Of a stretch of 64,000 nucleotides of DNA, positions 47,277-57,593 are shown in pieces. Origin of the DNA: Lachnospiraceae bacterium (GTDB taxonomy: Bacteria > Bacillota > Clostridia > Lachnospirales > Lachnospiraceae). Both the position numbers and the translations under genes were made by a program. A model generated the notes under the pieces. It worked only from the letters and a program-made list of their open reading frames with translations. It searched no databases and was not told the origin of the DNA. Position 1 is the first letter of the stretch; every line of letters starts with the position of its first letter. The stretch spans positions 16,202 through 80,201 of the forward strand of contig JAGCAK010000005.1 of NCBI GenBank assembly GCA_017652745.1, in the 5' to 3' direction.

Positions 47277-48071
47277 ATGTTAACGATTGAAAAAGATTTA
47301 TGTATTCAATGCGGTACCTGTGTGGACGAGTGTTTCCAGGACTGTTTGAAATTGGAAGACGGAGAATTGAAATATGATGCGAGCCGCTGCATCTTCTGCG
47401 GACATTGTCTTTCTGTATGCCCAAGAGATGTCATTATGATCGACGGCGATGGATACAATATTGAAGATGTGGAGGAGTTTTCATTCTATGAAAACACGCC
47501 AACACAGTTTGTCAGACGCGATATCATGATGCGGAGGAGCGTTCGCTCCTTTAATGAGGATCCTGTTCCGGAAGAGTATCTGAATCTTATCATCGAAGCA
47601 GCAAAATATGCGCCAACCGCAAAGAACTGCCAGAGAAATGCACTTAAAGTTGTGACAGAACCGGAAGCAGTTGATGCATTGCTGGTTGATATCATGGAAG
47701 AGATCGGAGAGATTGGCAAAGCTAAAATGAGGGAAAACCCGGAGGTAGCTGCTTTCTTCCTGAGTAAATACAGAGAGTTTAACGAGGACAAGGTGGATGG
47801 CCTGTTTTACGGGGCACCGGTTATCATCATGGTCTTTTCCCCAACAGAAGTAGATGGAGCTCTCTGCGCGGCAACCATGGGGCGTATGATCGAAGCAGTT
47901 GGATTAGGCTATTGTTATATCAAACTGGCAGCAGAACCGATGAATACACCGAAACTTCGTCAGAAGTACAACATCCCGGATGATCTGCACTGCGTTCTTG
48001 CGCTGGCTGTCGGACATTATGATGCAGAGTATTTCTGTTCTGTACCTAGAAAAGATCTTCCACTGTTATAG
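47277..48071 (+). CDS. nitroreductase family protein with N-terminal 2x[4Fe-4S] ferredoxin domain
   Basis: CIQCGTCVDEC and CIFCGHCLSVCP, then a nitroreductase-like core (RRSVRSF...). Confidence 0.8.
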   Translation: MLTIEKDLCIQCGTCVDECFQDCLKLEDGELKYDASRCIFCGHCLSVCPRDVIMIDGDGYNIEDVEEFSFYENTPTQFVRRDIMMRRSVRSFNEDPVPEEYLNLIIEAAKYAPTAKNCQRNALKVVTEPEAVDALLVDIMEEIGEIGKAKMRENPEVAAFFLSKYREFNEDKVDGLFYGAPVIIMVFSPTEVDGALCAATMGRMIEAVGLGYCYIKLAAEPMNTPKLRQKYNIPDDLHCVLALAVGHYDAEYFCSVPRKDLPLL

Positions 48072-48082
48072 GATTCATTTTT

Positions 48083-48778
48083 ATGATTTTTGTGACCGGT
48101 GACACCCATCGGCTGATGGATGTCAAAAAAATCGATCTTGAGAACTTCAGTGAACAAACGATGCTGACCCGAAATGATTATCTGATCATTGCGGGAGATT
48201 TCGGCGGGATCTGGACAGGAAATGAAAAAGATGATGCAGTCCTGGACTTTCATGAAAACCGTAATTACACAACACTCTTTGTGGGCGGCAACCATGAAAA
48301 TTATGATGCTCTGGAACGCTATCCGATCGAAGAATGGAACGGCGGAAAAGTACGCCGGATCAGGGAGCACATCCTGTATTTGATGAATGGTCAGATCTTC
48401 ACCATTGATGGGATCCGCTTTTTCATCATGGGCGGGGCTACCAGTGTGGATAAGATCTTCCGCGTTGAAGGAGAAAGCTGGTGGCCACAGGAAGAACCGG
48501 ATAAAGAAGTATTCCAGGAAGCGTTCGATAATCTGGGGAAAATCGGGAATAAGGTTGATTATGTGATCACACATACCATTCCTGAGAAAGTCCGCCGGAC
48601 GGTGTTTGAGGCTTATTCTGATTTTGTGAATTATGACAGCAGTGTGGAACGGTTTCTGGATCTTATTATGGAAAATGTTGTCTTTGAAAAATGGTTTGCA
48701 GGACACATCCATATTGACAGGGAGTTCCCGGAATACCGGCTCAGGATCCTGTATAACGGGGTCGTGAAAATAGGATAA
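48083..48778 (+). CDS. metallophosphoesterase (calcineurin-like)
   Basis: GDTH, GDFGG and GGNHEN motifs. Confidence 0.85.
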   Translation: MIFVTGDTHRLMDVKKIDLENFSEQTMLTRNDYLIIAGDFGGIWTGNEKDDAVLDFHENRNYTTLFVGGNHENYDALERYPIEEWNGGKVRRIREHILYLMNGQIFTIDGIRFFIMGGATSVDKIFRVEGESWWPQEEPDKEVFQEAFDNLGKIGNKVDYVITHTIPEKVRRTVFEAYSDFVNYDSSVERFLDLIMENVVFEKWFAGHIHIDREFPEYRLRILYNGVVKIG

Positions 48779-48829
48779 AAAGTCCTTGCCATTTTGAAAG
48801 CGTTCCCTTATACTATCGAAGTACGTTCT

Positions 48830-48901
48830 GGCTCGTTGGTCAAGTGGTTAAGACGCCGCCCTCTCAAGGCGGAATCAGGAGTTCAATTCTCCTACGAGCT
48901 G
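48830..48901 (+). tRNA. tRNA-Glu (anticodon CTC)
   Basis: 72 nt: acceptor GGCTCGT/ACGAGCT+G, D arm GTCAAGTGGTTAAGAC typical of tRNA-Glu, anticodon arm CCGCC-CTCTCAA-GGCGG, T arm AGGAG-TTCAATT-CTCCT. Confidence 0.85.
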
Positions 48902-48905
48902 CGCA

Positions 48906-48932
48906 AAAAGTTCCCTTTATGGGAACTTTTTT
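48906..48932 (+). terminator. Rho-independent terminator after tRNA-Glu
   Basis: AAAAGTTCCC / GGGAACTTTT stem followed by TT. Confidence 0.75.
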
Positions 48933-49006
48933 ATATTTCAAAATTACTGGACATTCTGAAGTCTTCTTTGTAATATAAATCCAAGAAAATAATGGAGGGG
49001 AACAAA

Positions 49007-49264
49007 ATGAAGTATCAATTCATTACAAAAGGAATCTGTGCGAAAGGCATTCAGTTTGACATCAATGATGGAGTCATCACTAACGTTGAGTTTATGGGTG
49101 GCTGCCCAGGTAATACAAAAGCAGTAGCAAAACTTGTGGATGGAATGAAGGCAGATCGAATTGCTGAGATCCTGCTTGGCAATGACTGCGCCGGTAAAGG
49201 CACCAGCTGTGCGGACCAGCTTGCAAAGGCTGTTTTAGAGGCAAAAGAGAAAGAAATTGCCTGA
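49007..49264 (+). CDS. TSCPD-domain small protein (TIGR03905-like)
   Basis: ATG at 49007 behind GGAGGGG. 85 aa with GGCPGN and GTSCADQ motifs. Confidence 0.7.
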   Translation: MKYQFITKGICAKGIQFDINDGVITNVEFMGGCPGNTKAVAKLVDGMKADRIAEILLGNDCAGKGTSCADQLAKAVLEAKEKEIA

Positions 49265-49323
49265 AATTGCTTGCAAATAAAGGAAAAAACGGTTATACTT
49301 ACGCAGTAACTATAGTAAACTTT

Positions 49324-49350
49324 TTGAGCGGACCCGAAGGGCCCGCTCAA
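49324..49350 (+). terminator. strong hairpin upstream of rimP (possible terminator or processing site; weak T-tract)
   Basis: TTGAGCGG(A)CCC-GAA-GGG(C)CCGCTCAA, followed by TTGTTG only. Confidence 0.35.
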
Positions 49351-49366
49351 TTGTTGAGAAATCAAA

Positions 49367-49909
49367 ATGAAAATAGAAGAAAGAACAGAAGAGCTGCTGA
49401 AACCGATCATAGAAAATGAAAGCCAAATTCCGGATGAAGACGGGAATATTTCTTTTTACGAGATTGTAGATGTGGAATATGTCCGCGAGGGAAGTGATTG
49501 GTATTTAAGAGCCTATATCGACAAAGAAGGCGGTATAAAGATCAATGACTGCGAGCGGATCAGCCGTGCACTGGAAGCAGTATTGGATCAGGAAGACTTT
49601 ATTAAAGACGCTTATATTCTTGAGGTTTCTTCTCCGGGGCTGACCCGAGCCTTGAAGAAAGACAGAGACTTTGAACGAAACATGAATAAACCGGTAGAGG
49701 TTCATCTGTTCCAGCCAATGGAGTTTTTAATTCCTGGAGAGTTCGATAAAAAAGGCAGACAAAAAACAGAAAAAGTAAAAACTCTGATTGGCGACTTGAA
49801 GGAGTATACTGCAGAAACTCTTACAGTTGATGTGGGAGATGAAAAAGAAGAACTGGTCACGATTGCACGAAAGGCAATCGCAACGGTGAAGCAGTATTTT
49901 GAATGGTAA
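49367..49909 (+). CDS. rimP: ribosome maturation factor RimP
   Basis: Position upstream of nusA, and an LEVSSPGL motif. Confidence 0.9.
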   Translation: MKIEERTEELLKPIIENESQIPDEDGNISFYEIVDVEYVREGSDWYLRAYIDKEGGIKINDCERISRALEAVLDQEDFIKDAYILEVSSPGLTRALKKDRDFERNMNKPVEVHLFQPMEFLIPGEFDKKGRQKTEKVKTLIGDLKEYTAETLTVDVGDEKEELVTIARKAIATVKQYFEW

Positions 49910-49952
49910 TTATGTAAAGGACACTTTGCACAAATAATAAAGGAGAAATAAT

Positions 49953-51140
49953 ATGGCAAGCGAATTAATGGAAGCACTGGAAATCCTGGAAAAAGAAAAA
50001 GACATCAGCAAGGAGTCTATTCTCAGCGCGATCGAAAATGCATTGGTTACCGCTTATAAAAACCAATACAAGAAAAAAGAAGACAGCATTCTGGCTGCTG
50101 AGAATGTCTTTGCAAAAGTCGATGAAGAGACAGGAGAGTTTTTCGTTTATGCGGAGAAAACCGTAGTAGATGAGATTGAAAATGGACTGTTGGAGATTTC
50201 TCTGGAAGATGCAAGAAAAATCTATCCACAGTGTCAGGTAGGCGATGTGGTCCGCCTGGCGGCTGAATCCAAGGAATTCAGCCGCATTGCTACACAGAAC
50301 GCAAAAAACGTTCTGATGCAGAATTTAAGAGAACGGGAAAAAGACAATGTTTACGAAGAGTTCCTGGCAAAGGAAAAGAACATAGCAACCGGTGTTGTAC
50401 AGCGTTTTAATGATCAGAGCATTACGATCAACCTCGGTAAAGCTGATGGCATTCTAAATGAGAACGAGCAGGTCAAGTCAGAAAGACTTCGCATAGGCGA
50501 GCGTGTTAAGGTCTATGTTCTTGAAGTAAAGAATACTAAAAAATCTCTTCGCATCCTGGTTTCCCGTACCCATCCGGAACTGGTTCGTAAATTATTCGAA
50601 TCTGAGGTAACAGAAGTAAAAGACGGAACGGTAGAGATCGTTGCTATTGCAAGAGAAGCCGGCAGCCGTACTAAGATGGCAGTCTGGTCAAATGATCCGG
50701 ATGTAGATCCGGTCGGGGCCTGCGTCGGAATGAATGGTATGCGTGTAAATGCTGTTGTTTCCGAATTGAAAGGCGAAAAGATCGATATTATCAACTGGTC
50801 TGACAACCCGGCTATTTTAATTGAGAATGCTTTGAGCCCGGCTAAGGTCATCTCCGTTTTAGCTGATGATGAAGAGAAGACCGCCACAGTCATTGTTCCG
50901 GATTATCAGTTATCTCTTGCAATTGGAAAAGAAGGACAGAATGCCCGTCTGGCAGCCCGTCTGACTGGATTTAAGATTGACATCCTGAATGAGACACAGG
51001 CGGCTGATATCCTGGACGAGATCTATGAAGGAGATTTTGAAGGCGCTGCAGAAGATGCAGATGATTTTTACGGGTCGGAATATGAGGATGAAACAGACGA
51101 CCCGCAGGCAAACGACGAGGCCGAGCAGGAAGAAGAGTAA
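49953..51140 (+). CDS. nusA: transcription termination/antitermination factor NusA
   Basis: NusA N-terminal domain, S1 domain, two KH domains (VGACVGMNGMRV, LAIGKEGQNARLA) and an acidic tail. Confidence 0.95.
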   Translation: MASELMEALEILEKEKDISKESILSAIENALVTAYKNQYKKKEDSILAAENVFAKVDEETGEFFVYAEKTVVDEIENGLLEISLEDARKIYPQCQVGDVVRLAAESKEFSRIATQNAKNVLMQNLREREKDNVYEEFLAKEKNIATGVVQRFNDQSITINLGKADGILNENEQVKSERLRIGERVKVYVLEVKNTKKSLRILVSRTHPELVRKLFESEVTEVKDGTVEIVAIAREAGSRTKMAVWSNDPDVDPVGACVGMNGMRVNAVVSELKGEKIDIINWSDNPAILIENALSPAKVISVLADDEEKTATVIVPDYQLSLAIGKEGQNARLAARLTGFKIDILNETQAADILDEIYEGDFEGAAEDADDFYGSEYEDETDDPQANDEAEQEEE

Positions 51141-51158
51141 AGGAAGCGTAGTTAACAC

Positions 51159-51482
51159 ATGCCGAATCAAAGCTTGCCTTTAAAACAAATATTATCTCAG
51201 CTCGGGATCGCCATGAAAGCCGGAAAACTTGTAAGCGGCGAGTATCTGGTGGAGAAAGCGGTCAAAGAGATGAAAGCGTGTTTGGTCGTGATCGCAGAAG
51301 ATGCGTCAGACAATACGAAAAAACATTTTTCGGACATGTGTCGATATCGAAACATTCCAATACGATTCTTTGGAGCTAAAGAAGAGATCGGCAGAACGAT
51401 CGGAAAAGCTTACAGAGCGAGTATCGCGGTAACGGATGAAGGATTTGCCAAAAGCATTTTAAAGAAAGTAGACGCGCAATAA
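51159..51482 (+). CDS. L7Ae-family RNA-binding protein (YlxQ-like)
   Basis: LGIAMKAGKLVSGEY and VVIAEDAS motifs; located between nusA and infB. Confidence 0.85.
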   Translation: MPNQSLPLKQILSQLGIAMKAGKLVSGEYLVEKAVKEMKACLVVIAEDASDNTKKHFSDMCRYRNIPIRFFGAKEEIGRTIGKAYRASIAVTDEGFAKSILKKVDAQ

Positions 51483-51500
51483 CAGACGGGAGGAATAAAT

Positions 51501-54407
51501 TTGAGAATACATGTATTAGCAAAAGAGCTTGGCATCGAGAATAAAGTCCTGGTGGAATTTCTGCAGAAACAGGGCGCCGATGTAAAGAGCCATATGAGTT
51601 CGTGCCCGGAAAATCTGATCGATCTGGTCAGAGAAAAATTCGGGAAGAAAGAGACACAGCAGACTGTACAGGCAGAAAAACCTGAGATCAAAGTAGTTGC
51701 AGTGCCTGATTTTATTGCGAAAGAAGAACCAAAGACAGTTCCGACAAGAACTGCAGATGGAGAGAAGATCGAAGACGGCGGAAAGCAGATAGCCAAAGTA
51801 GAGGCAAAGAAAGCTGCAGAGGCAAAAGGAAAAGAGCCGGAAGAACCAAAAAAGAAAAAGAAAATCATAGCTGTTTTTAATCCACAGCATTCAAATTCTG
51901 AAAAAGGCCGTGCAATGGCAAGAGCACAGCGTGATGAGCAGCGGCGCAGCCAGGACAAACCAAAGAGACCATTACCAAGTCAGGTGCGTCCTGCACGAGA
52001 CAGAAAACCTAGCGATGAAGAAGTCGTTAAGAAACCGCTGCCAAGTCAGATCCGTCCGGCCAAAGACAGGATCCCAGATGATGAGCTGGCAGAAATGAAA
52101 GCAAAGGCTTTGGCAGAGAAAGAGCAGGCTGCTGCAAAAGAACTGGAAGCTGCAAAAGAGCAGGAAGCTGCTAAAGAACAAGCTGCAGCAAAGGAACAGG
52201 AAGCTGCTAAAGAAACTGTAAAACCGCAGGAAACGGCAGAAGCACCTAAGGAACAGGTGCAGCCACCTGCTGCTGAAACCGCAAAAGAGCCTGCAAAGGC
52301 TAAGGAAAGCGAAGCAGTTAAGTCATTACGTGAAAAAATCGTAAAGGGCACTGTTTCTGTAGAAGATATTCAGGTCAGCCGTCCATCGAAAGATAAAAAT
52401 AAAGACAGACAAAGACAGCAGAACGCTGGTCAAAACAAAGGACAGGGGCAGAATAAAGGCGGTCAGAATCAAAAACAAGGCGGCGGAAAACCTGCTCAGA
52501 ATCAGCCTGCAGCAGATTCCAAAGGAAAAGGAAAAGGCGGCAAGCAGAGACATAACGATAAACAGCATGGCGATAAATTTGATCGTCTGGAAAATGAAAA
52601 AGCAGCACAGCGCCAGCAGAAACAGGCAGAAGAAAATAAGGAAGAAGAGATCAAGGTCATTACTCTTCCAGAGACTATTTCTGTGAAAGATTTTGCAGCC
52701 AAGCTGAAGATGCAGCCAGCTGCACTGATCAAAAAGATGTTCCTCGCCGGACAGATCCTTACCGTAAACGACACGCTGGATTTTGAAACAGCAGAAAGCA
52801 TCTGTCTGGATATGGACATCCTGGTCGAGCATGAAGTAGAAATCGATTATATTGAAGAACTTCTCAAAGAAGAAGAGGAAGACCCTGCACTTCTGGAGAA
52901 AAGAGCTCCGGTCGTCTGCGTTATGGGACATGTTGACCATGGTAAAACACCCCTGTTGGATGCAATCCGTAAGACTAACGTGATCGCAAAAGAAGCTGGC
53001 GGGATCACGCAGCATATTGGTGCTTATATGGTTCAGCTCCCGAGTGGTGACAAAATCACATTCCTGGATACTCCGGGACACGAAGCATTTACGGCAATGC
53101 GTTTAAGAGGAGCAATGGCAACTGACGTTGCTATTCTGGTCGTTGCTGCTGACGATGGCGTAATGCCACAGACCGTAGAGGCAATCAACCATGCAAAAGC
53201 CGCAGGCATTCATGTAATTGTGGCTGTCAACAAAATTGATAAACCAGGTGCCAATGTTGACAGAGTCAAGCAGGAACTTTCTGAGTATGATCTGGTTCCG
53301 GAAGACTGGGGCGGCAATACGATTTTCGTACCAATCTCTGCTAAGACAGGTGAAGGCATTCAGGACCTTCTGGAAATGGTGATCCTGGATACAGAGATCC
53401 TGGAACTGAAGGCAAACCCGAACAGAAAAGCAAGAGGTCTTGTTATTGAAGCAAAAATTGATAAAGGCCGTGGATCCGTAGCAACTCTTCTGGTACAGAA
53501 AGGTACACTGAAAGTTGGTGACCACATTGCAATGGGTGAAGCTTATGGTAAAGTCCGTGCAATGGTGAATGACAGAAGAGAAAGAGTTACTTCGGCAGGT
53601 CCGTCTACACCGGTGGAGATCACGGGTATGAACGGTGTCCCGAACGCTGGTGAAGTCTTTGTCGCATATGATAATGATAAAGATGCCAAAGCATTTGCTC
53701 AGGTATTTATCGAGGAGAATAAAAAGAAACTGCTTGCCGGCACCAAGAAGAAGACCAATCTGGATGATCTGTTTGATCAGATGAAAGCTGGTGAACTGAA
53801 AGAACTGGAAGTTATCATCAAAGCAGACGTGCAGGGTAGTGTGGAAGCTATTAAAGAATCTCTCGAGAAACTGTCCAATGATGAAGTCGTTGTGAAAGTC
53901 ATCCACTCTGGTGTTGGTAATGTCAATGAGTCTGATGCAATACTTGCAAGTGCATCGAATGCAATTATCATTGCTTTCAATGTACAGGCAGATGCAGTTG
54001 CAAGAGATACCATTGAACATGAAAAAGTAGATATGCGCCGTTACAGCGTAATCTACAATGCAATTGATGATGTAGAAGCAGCCATGAAGGGTATGCTGGA
54101 GCCTATTTACGAAGAGGTTGTGACTGGCCATGTTGAAGTACGTCAGACATTCAAGGCATCCGGTGTTGGAATTATTGCAGGTTCTTACGTAACCGACGGA
54201 ACGGTGACACGCGATGCGAAAGTAAGACTGACCAGAGATGGCGAGCTGCTCTTTGAAGGACCGATTGCTTCTCTGAAGAGATTCCAGGATGACGTAAAAG
54301 AAGTCCGCTCCGGATTTGAATGCGGTATTGTTCTGAATGGGTTCTCAGACATTAAAGAAGGCGATCTGATGGAAGCCTATATCATGAAAGAAGTTCCGCG
54401 GAACTGA
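51501..54407 (+). CDS. infB: translation initiation factor IF-2
   Basis: TTG start behind [19 protein letters not shown]-terminus, a low-complexity Lys/Glu/Ala/Gln-rich region, and a G domain ([20 protein letters not shown]). Confidence 0.95.
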   Translation: MRIHVLAKELGIENKVLVEFLQKQGADVKSHMSSCPENLIDLVREKFGKKETQQTVQAEKPEIKVVAVPDFIAKEEPKTVPTRTADGEKIEDGGKQIAKVEAKKAAEAKGKEPEEPKKKKKIIAVFNPQHSNSEKGRAMARAQRDEQRRSQDKPKRPLPSQVRPARDRKPSDEEVVKKPLPSQIRPAKDRIPDDELAEMKAKALAEKEQAAAKELEAAKEQEAAKEQAAAKEQEAAKETVKPQETAEAPKEQVQPPAAETAKEPAKAKESEAVKSLREKIVKGTVSVEDIQVSRPSKDKNKDRQRQQNAGQNKGQGQNKGGQNQKQGGGKPAQNQPAADSKGKGKGGKQRHNDKQHGDKFDRLENEKAAQRQQKQAEENKEEEIKVITLPETISVKDFAAKLKMQPAALIKKMFLAGQILTVNDTLDFETAESICLDMDILVEHEVEIDYIEELLKEEEEDPALLEKRAPVVCVMGHVDHGKTPLLDAIRKTNVIAKEAGGITQHIGAYMVQLPSGDKITFLDTPGHEAFTAMRLRGAMATDVAILVVAADDGVMPQTVEAINHAKAAGIHVIVAVNKIDKPGANVDRVKQELSEYDLVPEDWGGNTIFVPISAKTGEGIQDLLEMVILDTEILELKANPNRKARGLVIEAKIDKGRGSVATLLVQKGTLKVGDHIAMGEAYGKVRAMVNDRRERVTSAGPSTPVEITGMNGVPNAGEVFVAYDNDKDAKAFAQVFIEENKKKLLAGTKKKTNLDDLFDQMKAGELKELEVIIKADVQGSVEAIKESLEKLSNDEVVVKVIHSGVGNVNESDAILASASNAIIIAFNVQADAVARDTIEHEKVDMRRYSVIYNAIDDVEAAMKGMLEPIYEEVVTGHVEVRQTFKASGVGIIAGSYVTDGTVTRDAKVRLTRDGELLFEGPIASLKRFQDDVKEVRSGFECGIVLNGFSDIKEGDLMEAYIMKEVPRN

Positions 54408-54423
54408 TTTTGAAGGAAGACCG

Positions 54424-54780
54424 ATGAGAAAAAATTCAGTAAAAAACATTCGTATCAATAATGAGGTTATGAGAGAGCTTTCAGAGATCATCCGTGAAAG
54501 CAAGGATCCACGTATTCATCCATTCACTAGTATCGTTACTGTTGATGTGGCGACGGACCTGAAAACATGTAAAGTATATGTTTCTGTTTTAGGAACAGAC
54601 GAAGACCGCCAGAAAACAAAAGAAGGTCTGAAAAGTGCAGAAGGCTTTATGAGACGGGAACTTGCTCACAGACTGAATCTGCGGAATACGCCCGAACTGA
54701 CTTTTATCATGGACACCTCTATTGAAGATGCGATGGAAATGATGAAGAAGATCGACGAGGTAAATGGTATTGAACATTAG
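54424..54780 (+). CDS. rbfA: ribosome-binding factor A
   Basis: Size and position after infB; an RLNLRNTPELTF motif. Confidence 0.9.
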   Translation: MRKNSVKNIRINNEVMRELSEIIRESKDPRIHPFTSIVTVDVATDLKTCKVYVSVLGTDEDRQKTKEGLKSAEGFMRRELAHRLNLRNTPELTFIMDTSIEDAMEMMKKIDEVNGIEH

Positions 54781-55714
54781 AGACTTGTTAAAAGATGCGA
54801 AGAGTGTATGCCTGACAGGACATATCCGCCCGGATGGTGACAGCGTTGGTGCTGTTTTGGGGCTGTATACATATTTGCAGCTTCATTTTCCTGATGTGGA
54901 AGCAGATGTGTATTTGGAACCACCTGCAGGCAAAATGAAATTCATCGTCAATTTTGATAAGATCAACTCGGATTATCCGGATCATGAGCCATATGATCTG
55001 ATGATCTGTTTAGATGCCAGCAACCTGGAGAGAATCGGGCAGGCAGCAAAGTATTTTCAGGATGCAAAGCACACGATCAATATTGATCATCATTTTTCCA
55101 ATACATATTATGCGGATGAAAACTATGTAGAAGGAGATTCCTCTTCTGCCTGTGAAGTACTGTACGGCTTTCTGGATACGGATAAGCTAAACAGAGACAT
55201 CGCGATCGCCCTGTATACAGGTATTATTTATGACACCGGTGTTTTTAAATACCGACTGACGTCTCCTCAAACGATGATGGTCGCCGGCAAACTGATGCAA
55301 TATGATGTTCCGACAGATGAGGTCATTGACGAAAGTTTTTATGCCAGAACTTATGATGAAAATAGGATCTTTGGCTATGCGGTGATGAAAAGCGTTCTGG
55401 CCTGTGATGGAAGAGTGATTTATTCAACGCTGACGCAGAAAGAACTGGAAGACTTTCACGTTACAACCAGGGATCTGGAAGGCATCGTGCCACAGCTGCG
55501 ATTAACACGCGGTGTTGAGGTCGCTATTTTTGCTTATGAAACAACGGCAGGTGATATTAAAGTCAGTTTTCGCTCCAACGATCCGTTTGATGTCAATGAA
55601 GTAGCAGCATTGTTTGGCGGCGGAGGACACGTGCGTGCAGCTGGAGCTAATATGCCAGGTTCCTTGGACGATTGTATTCAGACACTGCTGATTGAAATTG
55701 AAAAACGGTTATGA
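54764..55714 (+). CDS. DHH/DHHA1 family phosphoesterase (NrnA-like oligoribonuclease / pAp phosphatase)
   Basis: HIRPDGDSVGA, DHH (INIDHH), and a C-terminal GGGGH motif. Confidence 0.85.
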   Translation: MVLNIRDLLKDAKSVCLTGHIRPDGDSVGAVLGLYTYLQLHFPDVEADVYLEPPAGKMKFIVNFDKINSDYPDHEPYDLMICLDASNLERIGQAAKYFQDAKHTINIDHHFSNTYYADENYVEGDSSSACEVLYGFLDTDKLNRDIAIALYTGIIYDTGVFKYRLTSPQTMMVAGKLMQYDVPTDEVIDESFYARTYDENRIFGYAVMKSVLACDGRVIYSTLTQKELEDFHVTTRDLEGIVPQLRLTRGVEVAIFAYETTAGDIKVSFRSNDPFDVNEVAALFGGGGHVRAAGANMPGSLDDCIQTLLIEIEKRL

Positions 55715-56643
55715 TGAATGGTGTCCTGAATATTTATAAAGAACCGGGAATGACTTCTTTTCAGGTCGTATATCAGATCCGGAAACTGACCGGGGAGGAT
55801 AAGATCGGACATACAGGGACACTGGATCCGGACGCGAAGGGCGTTTTGCCTATTTGTATCGGAAAAGCCACGAAACTTGTGGATATGCTGATGGATACAG
55901 ATAAACAGTATCGTGCATCACTTCTTTTCGGGAGAAAAACCGATACACAGGATGTTTCCGGAAAGACACTGGAGGAAATGGATCCGGCGGAAGTGAAAAA
56001 AGGACTGTCTCCTGAACGGATCCGACAGACGATAGAGGGATTTGTTGGAGAAATTGAACAGATGCCGCCTATGTACAGTGCGGTCAAGGTAAATGGTGTA
56101 AAGCTGGTCGATGCTGCCAGAAAAGGAAAAACCATAGAAAGAAAAGCCAGAAAGGTTTCCATTTACGGCTTTGATCAGATAGCAGTTACGGGTTTTGATG
56201 ACCCGGAGGGTCCGGTCAAAGCTTTCTTTACGGTCAATTGTTCGAAAGGAACCTATATTCGGACCTTGTGCGAGGATATCGGTATTCGTTTATCCGTCCC
56301 TGCTTGTCTGGAGAGCCTTGAGAGGACCCGCACCAGCGGGCTGGATCTTTCCACGGCTATTACACTTGAGGACGCAAAGAAGTATTCGGAAAAGGATATC
56401 CTTGGAGAGCATCTGATCCCGGTGGATTCTTTCCTGAAGAAATATAAAGAAATCTGCGTCAAGGAAGAAGCAGTTAAAAAACTAATCTACGGAAACTGGC
56501 TTCGGCCGGAGGAATTTCTTCCGATAGATTCTTATGAGAATGACGAAAAGTTCCGTGTATATGATATGGATAAAAACTTCTACGCGGTCTATCGTTTCAG
56601 CAAAAAAGATAATTACTTTAAATGTGAGAAAATGTTTATATGA
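55711..56643 (+). CDS. truB: tRNA pseudouridine(55) synthase
   Basis: GHTGTLDP catalytic Asp motif and MYSAVKVNG. Confidence 0.95.
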   Translation: MMNGVLNIYKEPGMTSFQVVYQIRKLTGEDKIGHTGTLDPDAKGVLPICIGKATKLVDMLMDTDKQYRASLLFGRKTDTQDVSGKTLEEMDPAEVKKGLSPERIRQTIEGFVGEIEQMPPMYSAVKVNGVKLVDAARKGKTIERKARKVSIYGFDQIAVTGFDDPEGPVKAFFTVNCSKGTYIRTLCEDIGIRLSVPACLESLERTRTSGLDLSTAITLEDAKKYSEKDILGEHLIPVDSFLKKYKEICVKEEAVKKLIYGNWLRPEEFLPIDSYENDEKFRVYDMDKNFYAVYRFSKKDNYFKCEKMFI

Positions 56644-57593
56644 AAATTATTTCGGATCTGGAAAATGTAAAACTGAAGAATGCAATCATCACGATCGGAA
56701 AGTTTGATGGAAACCATATCGGACATCAGCTGTTATTTGATACGATCCGGAAACTGAAGCAGGATGGGGATTGTACAGTCGTTTTCACATTTAATATCCC
56801 TCCGGCTGTTATGACAGAATCCGGACATGCAGATACAGTTCGTACGATCCAGACGCACAACGAACGGTATTTCAGTGAGGATTTTGCCGGCATTGATTAT
56901 GTAATTGAGTTCCCTTTCAATAAACATACAATGGCCATGGAACCGGAAGCCTTTGTTAAGGAGGTTCTGGTAGAGAAACTTGGCGCAAAGAGTATTGTAG
57001 TAGGCGAAGATTTCTGCTTTGGGAAAGACCGGAAAGGCAATGTGGATGTACTGCGGGACTTAGGCACACGATTTGGTTTCACTGTGCACGCGTTAAAGAA
57101 AATTGCTTTTCAGCCGGAGGATTTTGAAAAACCGGTTGAGGTGAGTTCCTCATTGATCAAAGAAGAAATCCTTCGTGGAAACATGGAAGATGTCCGGAAA
57201 ATGCTGGGCAAACCGTTTTCTATGACTGGTGAGATCCTGCATGGAAAGCATGTTGGCAGCACGATCGGTTTTCCGACAATCAATTTTGCCGCGCCGGCAG
57301 ATAAGATCCTTCCTCCTAACGGAGTCTATGCGACCAGGACTATTATTGATGGTCAGACATATAACAGCATCACGAATGTCGGGAAAAGACCGACGTTTGA
57401 TGATGGAGAATTCAGAACTGTTGAAACCAACATTTTTGATTTTAACCAGGATGTTTACGGTAAAATTGCACGGGTTGATTTTTACCGTTTTATCCGTCCA
57501 GAACGAAAGTTTGCTTCTCCGGAAGAACTAATGGGAGAGATTGACCGGAACGTACAGGAAGTTAAGGCTTATTTTAGTGACCAACATGAGTAA
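56640..57593 (+). CDS. ribF: bifunctional riboflavin kinase / FAD synthetase
   Basis: GKFDGNHIGHQ nucleotidyltransferase motif; C-terminal kinase motifs GFPTIN and RPERKF. Confidence 0.95.
   Translation: MKIISDLENVKLKNAIITIGKFDGNHIGHQLLFDTIRKLKQDGDCTVVFTFNIPPAVMTESGHADTVRTIQTHNERYFSEDFAGIDYVIEFPFNKHTMAMEPEAFVKEVLVEKLGAKSIVVGEDFCFGKDRKGNVDVLRDLGTRFGFTVHALKKIAFQPEDFEKPVEVSSSLIKEEILRGNMEDVRKMLGKPFSMTGEILHGKHVGSTIGFPTINFAAPADKILPPNGVYATRTIIDGQTYNSITNVGKRPTFDDGEFRTVETNIFDFNQDVYGKIARVDFYRFIRPERKFASPEELMGEIDRNVQEVKAYFSDQHE

Noticed and set aside
48017-48712. A 231-aa minus-strand ORF, the same length as the + strand gene it mirrors.
   Set aside because: The + strand product has clear metallophosphoesterase motifs (GDTH, GDFGG, GGNHEN). 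The antisense translation has no motifs and is rich in Phe, Ile and Lys. This is coincidental antisense openness.
51950-52620. Repetitive DNA that might have been a CRISPR array or satellite.
   Set aside because: The repeats are short (about 24 nt), imperfect, in frame and translate to the Lys/Glu/Ala/Gln-rich linker of IF-2. There is no repeat-spacer architecture.
53103-54131. Long antisense ORFs inside well-supported genes. Examples are 342 aa in infB, 264 aa at 62159-62953 in the LysR gene, 264 aa at 29147-29941 in the binding-protein gene, 243 aa at 12288-13019 in pyc and 251 aa at 52326-53081 in infB.
   Set aside because: Each lies opposite a gene with strong family motifs, none has an RBS or motifs, and their compositions are typical of antisense frames.
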